From the NCBI RefSeq assembly GCF_041146345.1, contig NW_027191411.1, forward strand, positions 1,984,001-2,021,948: a DNA stretch of 37,948 nt. The letters run 5' to 3'. The translations under genes and the position numbers were made by a program. The first letter of the stretch is position 1; each line of letters starts with the position of its first letter. The notes below the pieces were generated by a model. It saw nothing but the letters and a program-made list of their open reading frames with translations, searched no databases and was not told the origin of the DNA. Origin of the DNA: Neodothiora populina. Its lineage: Eukaryota. Positions 22,513 to 34,139 of the stretch are shown one piece after another.

Positions 22513-23857
22513 ATGGCATTCATTCCTTCGAGCCAAAGAGCTCTTTCATTGCCTGCCATCCGTCAGAAGTATCAGCTGGAAGTCGGGCACCCCGTCCCTG
22601 CAATTCGGGATGAACACGAGATACTCGTCAAGACCGAAGTCATTGGCTTGAACCCAATAGATTGGAAAGCACCGTATGATCGAGCCAGTCGGGTGTCCTC
22701 GATAGATGAAGAAATGACGCTGACACTTGCATTTCGTAGTGACTTTGGCTTTGGCATTCCCGTTCTGCCATATATCCCAGGGCGAGAGCTCGTCGGTCAT
22801 GTCGGACACAGCGCCCCGAATTCTACCTCATTGTTCTCCTCGCGGGTTAAACATGGGGACAGAGTCGCGGTGATATCCACAGATTACCGCGACCTCCGGA
22901 AAGCAACATATCAAGACTATGTTATATCCAGTCACTTCAACGTCGCCAGACTGCCCGAGCATATCTCATCCGAGCAAGGAGCCGCAGTCGGTGTGGCCTT
23001 TGTCACCTCGGCACTAGCTCTGGGTATATGCTTGGGTTTGGATTTCTCCAATGTGGCGGACGGGCCCGATCTGCTTGACATTGTGCGAAGTATTGACCCG
23101 GACCGACTCCCAAGCGACGTCCAAGAGGAATGTCTCTCAGGCATCGAAACACATGAGCGACCACAGAAAGGGGACTGGATAGCCATATGGGGTGGTATGT
23201 ATACCCACACTGGTCGACTCCGCCATTTCGGCACTAATAATTCATGAATCAGGATCTTCAACCTGCGCGTACATGATCAATCAGCTCAGCCGTTCCGTTG
23301 GTCTACGCACCATTCTTGTCCTCGACACTCAAAAGCATGGCCATTATCTAGCCAGCGATCCGGCCCTCCATGCAGACTTTATTGTCGACTCTGCAGACCC
23401 ACAAAGAGCAACGGAGATTATCCGATCAGTGACAGATGGCAAGCTGCGTTTCGCCATTGACACCATCGGTAGATCTACTTCAGAATTACTGGCGCAGTCT
23501 CTCCAGGCATACAGTGCAGATCTTGAAGTTCGCGCACAAACCCCACCGGGAACACCGCCATCTGACGCTGTAGACAAGGCGTCGATTCCGCAGAGGTCAC
23601 ATCTCACTGGGCTCGCAGCACTACCTAAAAAGCCAACGGGAGCTGTGTTACATAGTGTCCCTGTAAAGCTGTTCCATGACATTCCAGAGGTAGGAGAGGC
23701 TTTGGTGGCATGGTTGGAGAGGCTATTGGACTCTAGACAGCTATTGCCACCGAGAATACTTGGGGTAGTCGAAGGCCTTGAAGGTATCAACGATGGGCTT
23801 GACAGAATGCGGAGAGGAGAAATCAGTGGCGGGAGATTGGTTGCAAGGATTCGATAG
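22513..23857 (+). CDS. Medium-chain dehydrogenase/reductase (Zn-free enoyl-reductase/quinone-oxidoreductase-like); 3 exons
   Basis: EILVKTEVIGLNPIDWKAPDFGFG...PGRELVG (GroES-like), IAIWGGSSTC (Rossmann), GLEGINDGLDRMRRGEISGGRLVA. Introns 22674-22739 and 23195-23252. Divergent from DszA paralogue 2. Confidence 0.88.
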
Positions 23858-24193
23858 GTCGTGGGGCGGCGCAAGGTCGCGTGAGGTTCAAATTGATAAA
23901 TCGGTAGACGGAGTCGACTTACAAAGGCGATCCGAAAAATTTGCATGGCTCGGGCCTCCAATATACATATACCTGGCCGTTTTATGTTCACAAGAATTCA
24001 CATTCGCATATTCTCCGCATCATTTGCTACGTGTAATAAAGACTATTGTAATTAGGTATTATCCTTTTCAACAATCTGATCGGACTCGACCTATTCGTCT
24101 AGATCAAGCTGTTGGAATGTATGGCTTCGACATAGTTATCTCACATCAGGTCACTCCAATTTTTCCCCTCCTCATCCATGTCGTCGGTCATAA

Positions 24194-25852
24194 CTACCTC
24201 ACTTCTCCATCGGCAGGCGCTGTAACAGCTCTATCCAATACTCCCAACCCATTTTTCTCCCTCGCACTTCCCGCATCCGCATCACTGCTATCTGCTTCAA
24301 TCGTCCGATCTCCCTCTGAGCCAAAGTGCCTCAATACTAACCATACTGGAGCGAGACTAATCGCCCACAGTGCAAAGTTTAGATAAACACCACCGACCTC
24401 TGCGAAAAGAACAATCGATCCCAGTCCATAACTGACAGCCTGCCACGCCGACTCCGTTCCACGAAGCAGTGCAGCGTATCGCACGACTTCTTGCGAGTCA
24501 TCCGCCAGGTTTGCAACGATGAAGTACAGAAACAGATAGTTGAGTTGGAAGCCTGCACACAGAAGAATGTATGGTGCAAAGGCATGGCCGAATCCGCTCG
24601 AAGCCCAGTCATAGGTTGGCTGTGTGACCTTAAATCTCGTGACCAGTACTGTGGCCCAGATCCACCAGCCACCTTGCAGAGTGATGATGACGAAAAAAGA
24701 AATTCTGGTCCTCTTTTGTAGTGACACGACAGTCCTATCGAGGAAAGCACCAAGGACATTTCCCATTGTCACAGCGACGATTCCCGAGAGGAAAGAGCCT
24801 AGCGCGCGTGCACGAACCGAGAACCATAATGAGAGATAGGTATTGTAGACTGCCTCGCTGTAAACTGCCTGGCCAATAAAGAGGACAATGAGGAGAAATT
24901 TCTTGGTGAAGAAAAGGCGGGTCGTGAGTTTGATCTCCGACCATGGACTGTTGAGAATCGACAGTTCGACTTTGCGACCATCAGTACGCTCAACTTTGCT
25001 GGGGGAGTTGAGGAAAAACGCAACAAAGGGACCAGTGCATTGCAAGGCAATGAAAATGATGTATACTGTGTAAGACACGGAGCCGGCCTCGCTGCGATCC
25101 GAGTTGATTCCAAGGTTGATGGCTCCTCCGAGAATCTGTGTATGTTGTCAATACTTACATTTCATCAAATTTACGAGAGGTCTCGAGGAATGGGAAGCTA
25201 GTATGAATAGGACAAACTCACCTGTCCTCCGAGACGATAGGTTAGCCAGTAGCCCAAGACTTTGCCTCGATTATATGGCTCCGGGTAGACGATTGCAATG
25301 GCAGCCTCGGCCATCCAGAAGATACCCGCCGACATACCACACAGTGCCGCTCCTACGAGAACGAGCCATTCGTTGCCGTATCTATTGTTGGCATAGAGCC
25401 CCGCAGCATAGGGAGCGTATCCGATGGTGCCGACCATCAGAGCGCCTTTGATACCGATATAATGTACGATTGCGCTACTAAAGTAGCAGGAGATGACCAT
25501 GAGGCAGAAAGTCAGAGCATTGGCTGTGTTGACAAGGTACGGGCTTTGCGCTCCACCGGCTCCCAAACTGTTCATCGCACCCCAGATGCCTATCATCAAT
25601 TCAGTATCAGAGAGACATGGTCTGGAACTCGGCATAACTTGAGCTTCTTACCTGGTGCTGCGAAGTTACAAAGACCGAGAATGGTTGCATTGAATAAAGT
25701 GGAACGGTACCATCTAACTGTATCCTTCTTCAGTATCGATATTGATGTTGGTCTGCCACGATGTGCAAGCTGCAATATTATGCCATACCTGGATACTTTT
25801 GTACATGTTTCAAAGTCGGAGAAACATCACTGACCACGTAGTCTACTGACAT
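24194..25852 (-). CDS. UNC-93-like (DUF895) MFS transporter; 4 exons
   Basis: Spliced N-terminus MSVDYV...VRWYRSTLFNATILGLCNFAAPGIWGAMNSLGAGG, then GAALCGMSAGIFWMAEAAIAIVYPEP and RYAALLRGTESAWQAVSYG; about 12 hydrophobic segments. Confidence 0.85.
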
Positions 25853-26756
25853 GATGACTTGAGTCTTTGTCTGTATGCGAGTCGTGATACCGGTTCGCTT
25901 CCTAAGCTTTATGAGAGAGAGATAGGACGAGTGATATGGAAAACTTATTGCGTTGGTTAATCATGGTGGTAACCATCGTGTTTTATATTGTTGTCTTTTC
26001 AATTATACACATTGGAAATACCAGATGCGTGAGCCAGCCTCTTTGTGTCGAAGAAGCGGCATCCGCATCCAGCTGCATAGAGCCATCGAATGTCACCATT
26101 CATGGCGGCATGGCGCTATAGTTCAACCATCAAGTATTGCTACCAAGAAAGTCTTGGACGCTGCCGCGTCTTATCATAGTTTTATCCTTATTTTCGGCTA
26201 CTGAATCCATCGTCGGGTAGAGGCTTGAGAATGGATATTGTTGGTAGATGTTCGGTGGATACAGTTCCGAACCGGTTGCATTTCTCGCATGTCATCGCAC
26301 GCAATTGAGATGGTTCGGGCGGTGCCACGAAGTGGAGAGTTCAGCGGGACAGGGCATTAAATTGACGATCAGGGTTCAGAGAAAAGGTGCGTTTAGGCGA
26401 CAGTCAACTTATTGCGAAGGTTCTATCGAGATATCCCAGCACATGCGGCAGTTGACAGGATATCGGTGCGGTATTGAGTGGCACACGTCGTTATTGCGAA
26501 ACTCGGATTGACGACGAGAGGAACGATCCACCGTGATGCAAGACTGATCTCGTCGGGATGACAGGGGGTTTTATACGCTCCCCTTGTTTCATTTCACTTT
26601 TCGTATGCGAAGTAAATCATAGCGACAGTGATGAGCATTACCTGCTGGCGATGAACTGGTTCCATATTCTACCTTGTCTAATCCGCAAAGCACGGGATAT
26701 TTTTCTGTCGGTACCGCAAAACGTACTCAATTAGATAACCATGAGTACGCAGCTTT

Positions 26757-28704
26757 TCAGAAATCCCACCACCTCTCATGCAAATCTCTCAAGTCGACCC
26801 CAGGTAATTTTAGGTAACCCGTGATATCAAAGTCCGGATCCAGTTCCTGCTTCGTGTAACCATTTCCGAAGTAGGCAAACCGGTTGCCAGAGTCAGAATG
26901 ATACTCATACTCCCAGTCCTCCCACCTCGGCTCTCTCCTGACAATTGTCACATGACTTGCACTGCCTGGCCAGATGCCGTGAATCCTCTGCCCTGGTTTA
27001 CCGCCATTATACCACGAGCTACAGTCGTCGGAAAAGACTGTCTGAGGAAAGAAAGCGTCGGCGTACTCGACAAAATCATCTGCAGCTCGCTTCGATGGTG
27101 TGATTGTCTTGATACCTTGAGACGAGACCTTGCGCAGGACTTTTGCGTAGTACGTCAGCTGGACTTCAACAGCGTGAGGAATTGTGCCCGATGGTCCTGT
27201 CGCATTCGGGCCATGGACAAGGAACATATTGGGAAACTCAGGAACAGCGTGTCCCAGATAGCTATACGGCCAGCCGTACAGCCCGCCGGGCTTCCACGCT
27301 TGTGAAAGATCTTTTCCGTTTGCAAGGATAGGAAATGGGGGAACGAGATCGACATTTGCTCCTGTTGCGCAGAAGATGGCGTCAACCTCTCGATGTTTGC
27401 CGTCTGTAGTCTCGATGCCTGTCGAGGTGATCCTTTTGATGGGGGTTTGAATATAGTCGACGTTTGGCTCCGTCAGACTTTCAAGATAACCAGGCCCAGG
27501 AGTCAGTCGTCGGCAATTAGGACTGAAGTCTGGGACAATGGTGTTGATCAGCTCAGGTCTTTTGGCCGTCCTTTGTTTCATGACCTCGATAAATTCGTTT
27601 CGCTTCTTATTGTTGGCCTCAGAGCCGATGAAGAGCGAATCGAAGTTTCGCCAGTACTTAGCCTCAAGCTGCTTTCGAAACTGCAGATATTTCTCGGGAT
27701 CCTCGAAGTCCTTCAGCTGCTCGGCCGAGTAGGGCTGGGCCTCGAAAGTCCGCTCGTCGCCTGCCCAGGATGTCGCGATCCAGGTCTTACTGCGCGCGTA
27801 GTGGTCCACTCTCTTTGCAACCTTTTGCAGGTTTGGGACCACCTGGATACCGCTCGCACCATTTCCAATGACCGCGACATTCTTGTCCTTGGGGTCGAAT
27901 GATGGATCCCAATTCGATGTGTGTCGCAACACTCCCTTGAAATCTTCGAGACCGGGGTAATCTGGCAGCTGCCACGCATTGAAGCGGCCAAGTGCCGACA
28001 AGACAAAGTCGGTTTCAGATTCGTGGACTTGACCGGTGGTGGTATCCCGGGTTTCTGTTCGCCACACAGATTTGCCTTGATCCCATTCCAGATGGACGAC
28101 CTCTCGATTGAATTCTATCAGTCTATAGACGTCGTACTTCCGCGCCTGGTCCTGCCAATACTGTCGGATCTCATGCCCTTCGGCGAATTGCTGCGACCAT
28201 TGTGTGTTGGGAGAGAAGGTGGCTTGGTAGACATGAGCTGGGATGTCGCATCTGACGCCGGGATACACGTTCTCTAGCCATGTGCCGCTCTATAGATAGA
28301 TCGAGCATTTTGTTAGTCTATGAGAGCTCTTGGTCGTATGCATGTGGCTTTTGCGGACCACTTACCACATCGGAGTTTTTCTCCAAAATCGTGAGCTGGA
28401 TTCCAGGGACCTTTATTGGCAAGAGAATGCCGGCCAGGATACCAGCAAGACCTGCTCCTATGACAGTCACCCGAAGAGGGCGAACCTCGTCGATGTGACG
28501 ATTCTCCAGCTTCAGATTAGACTTGGGATACGAAGGCCGCTCTCCATCAGGGACTGGACCGCCCGTGAGCAAAACAGTCTCTGCCCCGTTGGGTTGGGTC
28601 GTTTCAATCCCTTTCGTGATCTCGTTACTTCCGTGATTGGTGGTTGCAGCATGACTGTTAACATGTCCACCCTGTTGCTCGGGTACTGATCCCTCATGCG
28701 CCAT
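26757..28704 (-). CDS. FAD/NADPH-dependent monooxygenase, Baeyer-Villiger (BVMO) type; 2 exons (intron 28290-28365)
   Basis: VIGAGLAG, SGTWLENVYPGVRCDIP, fingerprint FKGVLRHTSNWD (FxGxxxHxxxWD), second Rossmann IGNGASG, ATG motif (FCATG). Confidence 0.92.
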
Positions 28705-28865
28705 TATTGTCGTGTTTGGATAATTTCGAGTACATGTACAACCAAGCTCAGAGCCTTACAACAAGCTCTTTGGACAGGACTTGGTCTCATCGTTTACTAA
28801 ATACTCTGTATCACATTCTGGAAGGGTCCTAGGAGGGGTAAATTATCATGTCTTTATCAGTAGCG

Positions 28866-29216
28866 ATGGTGCAATCGACCCCGGTCGAAGTCTCCACATA
28901 ACGCGGAATCACGTCTTTGAGCTCGGGCGGCAGCCGCGGGGTGGAATTAGCGAATTGGCTTGGTGATTAGATGCGACCACATGCAAATTGATAACGACTA
29001 TACTCATAACTTCCACGTATTCGTAAGCTTGAGGTTGGGATCTACCATATCGCGAGCGTATTGTATCATGGCGCGATGAACGCGAGTGACTCCATGATCG
29101 CTGACCTCCTTTGGTCTATACAGCTCGTACGACAGATTCTAGAGTTCAAGATAGATGACAAGTATCTGGCACAGTATGCTGCACCAATTCCATGTAAGTA
29201 GTCACCATGGCGTAAT
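28866..29216. promoter_or_regulatory. Three candidate CYS-3/MetR-like sites upstream of the BVMO gene
   Basis: ATGGTGCAAT (28866), ATGGCGCGAT (29068) and ATGGCGTAAT (29207); each is one mismatch from ATGRYRYCAT. Confidence 0.45.
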
Positions 29217-29374
29217 AGCAGACTCCATCGTTATAGAATCAACAAGAATGATCACGCGGTTTTCACAGTAGTAAATGGCTAATCAATTTTCAATTTTCGA
29301 TAAGTTCATCTATGTCTGGGTGATGTGATAGTCATGCGTTCGACGTTTCCACAAGAACAGTAATCCTGTCATGT

Positions 29375-30475
29375 TCATGCTGCGGGGGCACTCTCGGCCC
29401 TCTTCTTGATCTCTTCGTGCACACTGGGCACCACGTATCGTCCATAATCAACTGCGTCGTTGAAGTTGTCATAGCCTCGTATACTGATGAGTTCGCAGCC
29501 GAGCTCCACATAGTCAAGGATGGAGTCACTAATCGTCTGCCAAGATCCGACTAACGCGGTTGATGCACCACGGGCGTTCGTCGCTGTCACCGTGGGATAC
29601 CATAAGCCACGATCTTGAACCTCTCCTTTGGCAGCAATGTCGAGCAGTCTCTGCGATCCGACATTCTGTGGCGGGGGTGCACTTGCAGGCACCTTGCCCA
29701 CCCCATTGGCTCGGTGAGTCTTCAGGGCATCGAGCGTGCGATGCGCCTTGTCCCACGCAAGCTCCTCCGACTCGGCACCAATTGGTCTGAATGTGACCCA
29801 GATGCGCGGCCTGTCGCTACGACCTGCCTTCTCCGCCTCGGCATAGATGCGATCGATCTGCTGCTTGGTCTCCTTGAGAGGTTCCCCCCAGAGACCGAAT
29901 ATGTCAGCCAGGCTGCCTCCGATGCGGTAGGCTTCGTCTGATGAACCGCCCACCGACACTGGGATTGTGCTGCCATTCACGGGGCGCACTTTGTTGCTGA
30001 ACTGCTTGAACTGGAAGTACTTTCCATCGAAATCAAACGGCTCTGAGGAAGCCCAAGCCCGGCGCAGGATCTGGATGTACTCCTCGAGCCGACCATATCG
30101 CTGTTCCTTGTCCAGAAAATCACCTTCGCGGGCTTGCTCGGCGTCGCTCCCGCCGGCAATGAGATGCACAACTGCGCGACCGCGGCTGAGCTGGTCAAGA
30201 GTGGCAAGAGCTTTTGCTGCGACTGTAGGGTAAAGAGTGTTTGGGCGGAGGGCAATGATGATCTTGAGCTTCTTGGTCGCAGCCGCGATAGTGGCACCAA
30301 TAGTGAACGGATCGTAGGAAGACGAGTCATAGGGTACAAGAGTGTAGTTGAACTCATAATCATCCAGAGCCTTAGCATAACGTGCGAGATAGTCCGGATC
30401 GATGGAGGCATTAGGCACAGGCTTAAGCTCTGTCGAGGCGTTGGGGAAGGTTACGCTGATGAACTCTGTCGGCAT
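29375..30475 (-). CDS. Intronless luciferase-like monooxygenase, SsuD/alkanesulfonate monooxygenase-like
   Basis: 366 aa ORF: IIALRPNTLYPTVAAKALATLDQLSRGR, FDFDGKYFQF, VGGSS, WGEPL, GASTALVGS; all typical SsuD/LLM motifs. Confidence 0.9.
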   Translation of the reverse strand: MPTEFISVTFPNASTELKPVPNASIDPDYLARYAKALDDYEFNYTLVPYDSSSYDPFTIGATIAAATKKLKIIIALRPNTLYPTVAAKALATLDQLSRGRAVVHLIAGGSDAEQAREGDFLDKEQRYGRLEEYIQILRRAWASSEPFDFDGKYFQFKQFSNKVRPVNGSTIPVSVGGSSDEAYRIGGSLADIFGLWGEPLKETKQQIDRIYAEAEKAGRSDRPRIWVTFRPIGAESEELAWDKAHRTLDALKTHRANGVGKVPASAPPPQNVGSQRLLDIAAKGEVQDRGLWYPTVTATNARGASTALVGSWQTISDSILDYVELGCELISIRGYDNFNDAVDYGRYVVPSVHEEIKKRAESAPAA

Positions 30476-31254
30476 GTTGTTGACGGTGTCAAGGATAGCC
30501 TCGAGACTTTTTGCTTGGTCTTTGTTTATCAGACAATGTTTATACAGGGAAAAAAGATAAAAGGCTTAGCCATTTCATCATTGCATCGACTATATTACTA
30601 TGTGTGAGGGTGTCGCCAAGACATGAGGATAGCAACATATGCACCGGAATCACGCAATGCAGCGTATATTGATAAGCAGCTATTATCACGGATCTCGCCA
30701 GCCGAGATCAGGCTGCTGTGGGTCTACCTTGAACTTCCGTTGAAATAAGTTATATGGATGTCGCCCTTTAGATGCGGGCATCGGGACAGCAGGTGACAGA
30801 TCAGTAGATACTTGTACTGTATCTGTGGTTACGGCAGTGTGTTGGGGTGGACGATGAGCCGTGGGGCGGCAAAACTGGGGTAAGTTACCTTATAATCCTA
30901 ATAACTCCTCCACAATCTATACCATAACAATTCAGTGGTTCGCCTATTCTTGCTTCGTTCCATCAACACAACTCATGAGCTGTAGAAGTAAATGATATCT
31001 AATGTTAGTGCATGCCTGTATAGAAACAACACACGGCTCAGGGAAACAATACACTACAATGGAATTACGTCTTACTAGATAAATGTCATCTTGTTAAGGA
31101 CTTTCTTGATCGATAGTGAATGTCAAAGTTCATTAATACTGATGCTCTATGATAGATCCCAGTGCTTTATCTCAGAATTACAAGCTCTATACCACATTTC
31201 AATGCTCCATAAATCCCTGATGTGATATTCTACCCATATCTGGATGCCACCTCA

Positions 31255-33512
31255 TCAACGTCTCCATTCCTTCAGTATCCCACGAGTGGCCTTCGCAATT
31301 GCATGCCGTCCGTCGTACACAGGGTAGACTATTACTGCATACATTGCAAAGAAATGCCAGATAATAGCCATAGTGACCCAGCCGCTGAAGAATGTCTTCG
31401 TAAAGATATAGTCGCGGTACAAAGGCAAGGGCCAAAGTACGATGGTAACCAAGACATTGACCACAAAATACACACTGGCGATTTTAAACCACCTCTTGAT
31501 GTGTTCGATTGTCGCCTGATCAAAGGGATGTTCGACTTGGTCCAGATCATCTGCGGTACTAGATTTTCTGGACTTAGGTAAGGTTGATCCCTCTTCTTCT
31601 CCGCTACTGAATCTCGCTTCTTTCTTCTCGTCGTCTTCACCTGCCGTAGTTCCTGATGCCTCTACAATCTCATCGCTCGCCATTCTGGATGGAGTGGAGG
31701 TGATCAGTTGGCTCTTATCTTCGATGAGATCAATTTTAAGGAATTCTCGCCAGTCGAAGCGTTTGGGCCAAGTCAGTGAAATGACCACCGAGTAGATAGC
31801 GGGCGAGAAACAAGACACAATCGCTCCGTAAAGACCCGGAAGCTGAACTTGAGTGGTTTGGATGTTGATCGCACCTGACCAATACCATGACAGGCTAAGC
31901 CATGTTGCAATGCCTGACAACAAACCCAGCACGGGAGCTAACATGGCTGCTAATCTTGTCTGCCCAGACCAGAGTAGGGTCAGTATCAATGGTATGATAC
32001 CCGGACATGCAATTATAGGTCGGAAGTAAGTAGACCAGTTGTTTGTGGCCCCGGCATATTCTAGCATGATGGCGAAACCCGCCATGAAACACCCATGAAA
32101 GACAACGCCCCAATGACTAACTTGGAGAGTCTTGCGATCCGAGGCTCTTGGATTGATGTAGGTACGGAAAAAGTCGAGAGATATGATGCTGCTGACTGCG
32201 ATCATGGACGACGACACGGTGCTGGTGATGGCCATAAAGACAAGTACGAGTAGACCGGCGGTGGCTCCCGTACCAAGCAAGGACCTCAGCACATATGGCA
32301 TCACAAGCCCAGAATTGACCTGTGTCAAAGTAAGTGTGTTCGGGAAATCGAACCAGACCGGAGTCGTCTCAATGACACGAGCACTCAAGCCAATGATGGT
32401 TCCCGTGCACCATGGTATGGCGATAATCACAATTGATACCAATCCGTACGCCGGAACGGTAGCGTGGACGTCAGACGCAAAGGACTTCTGCCAAAATCCT
32501 GTGTCCATCATGACAAGTGCTAGATTACCAAGCTTCAAGACCAAACCGAAAAGAACAGCTGCACACAACGATCAGCATTACGATTTCTGATTGCCGAGTT
32601 TTCTGGCGGGGCTTTCCTTACAGCTCTTGGACTTCATGGTCAGGAGTGAGCCTTGATAGTTGCCAGCAACGTGAACGTCGGCTGCTTTGACTTTTGCATA
32701 CAGTCCCGAGATGCCGCCAATATGCTCATTCGTCAAGACTGCTAGAGAAAAGTAGATTAGGAGGATTAGAGCCACAGTGGTATGCACAAAATCGGTAAGG
32801 AAGGTGGCTTTGAGCCCACCGACAGCGGTGTAGATGACAACTACGAAAGAGGTATCAGCCATTATATTTGGGAAGAAAGAGCTCGCAGACTGGACGGTAC
32901 TCACCCCCTGCGGGAATAAGGACACAAGCAGCAACGACATGCATGCCTGTCATGCCAGTCACTAGTTGAGCGCCTGCAAGAATCATGCTGCCGCAGCCGA
33001 AGATGTTGTTGATCAGGTTCAAGAGGATGAAGATCCAATGCACGTAAGGTCCATATCTGATCTTCATAATCTCAAGAGAGGTATGCGCGTGTGGCACACG
33101 TAACTTTGCCACGATTCCGAGTACAGCCATAAGTGCAATCTGGAATGAGAGGCCACTGGCCCACCATATTGGCAAAGCGATACCCCATTTGTACGTGTAG
33201 GCAGCCGAAAAGACGCTTTCATTGATCCACATCCTATGGTAATACTCGGGTCAGCAAAACATATTCCGGAAACTGCAAAGTCTCTATATCAAAGGCAATA
33301 CATAGCACATACCAGCTCGAGAAGACGGCCGAAGCTGTCAGACCAGTACCAACAGACCGGTTTGCAACCATGAACATCTCCGACTCATCACTGTCTTCTG
33401 AGAGATATCTCTTCTGTATCTGCACTGCACCCAAAATTATGAGGCAGAACAAGACTGAGAGCCCAATGATGATACCGTACCCGTCTGCCTGCGTGAGGAG
33501 TTCGGTGGCCAT
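31255..33512 (-). CDS. DUR3-like sodium:solute symporter family transporter; 4 exons
   Basis: EMFMVANRSVGTGLTASAVFSSWMW, PHAHTSLE, YTAVGGLKATFLTDFVHT, GNYQGSLLTMKSK, FMAITSTVSSSMIAVSSIISLDFFRTYINPRAS. First intron 33234-33312; two more near 32850-32905 and 32550-32620. Confidence 0.9.
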
Positions 33513-33667
33513 CTTTCCTGTGTTTCCTCAGCAAGCTTGTTCAGAAACCAGAATAGAACGAAATGCTTGAAATTAATGCATTTTCTTGTGACTATGTAGT
33601 ACCTACACCGTGGCTATCCACGGACGATCGACATGTCTACATTGATGAGCAAGGGGTGGTTTTGCGC

Positions 33668-33677
33668 ATGGTGTCAT
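33668..33677. promoter_or_regulatory. Candidate CYS-3/MetR bZIP site ATGGTGTCAT upstream of the DUR3-like gene
   Basis: Exact match to the Neurospora CYS-3 consensus ATGRYRYCAT, 156 bp upstream of the ATG. Confidence 0.5.
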
Positions 33678-34139
33678 TGCTGACGATGAATAATTCCTAC
33701 GCTCAACAATATAGCGGATGTCGCACTTGAGCACTGCATGATGATACAAAACGCTTTCCTCGGGAAGATAAGGTAAGCAAATGTTCTCTGTTGACCTACC
33801 TGATGGTAAGGTTTTGCATAATTGCGTTATGCATGTGGGGTAGCACGCGAGATCGCGTCTTCTTGATACACTTTGAGGAAACAATCGCCCTTCGCTACGA
33901 CACGTAATAATCGAGGACTAACTGTCTACCTCAGTCATGATTCCGTTCCAGGAAGGCTAGCAAGTATTATCACACTAGACAATGTATCAAGCGTATGGCA
34001 TCGAGACAGTCTAAATGCTAGCTGGTTGGCGCTCACTAAACCTGGCTCTGTGCATGTCATGCGCGAACATTGCTGGTTTCCAGAAGACTCGAATCACTTG
34101 TGCCTCTAGGATGCTTTAGAATCACAAGAGATTTTTGTA

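Noticed and set aside
1..33512. Secondary-metabolite cluster built around the NRPS-like gene
   Set aside because: The NRPS-like gene is ATRR (primary metabolism) and is separated from the monooxygenases by 15 kb of unrelated genes.
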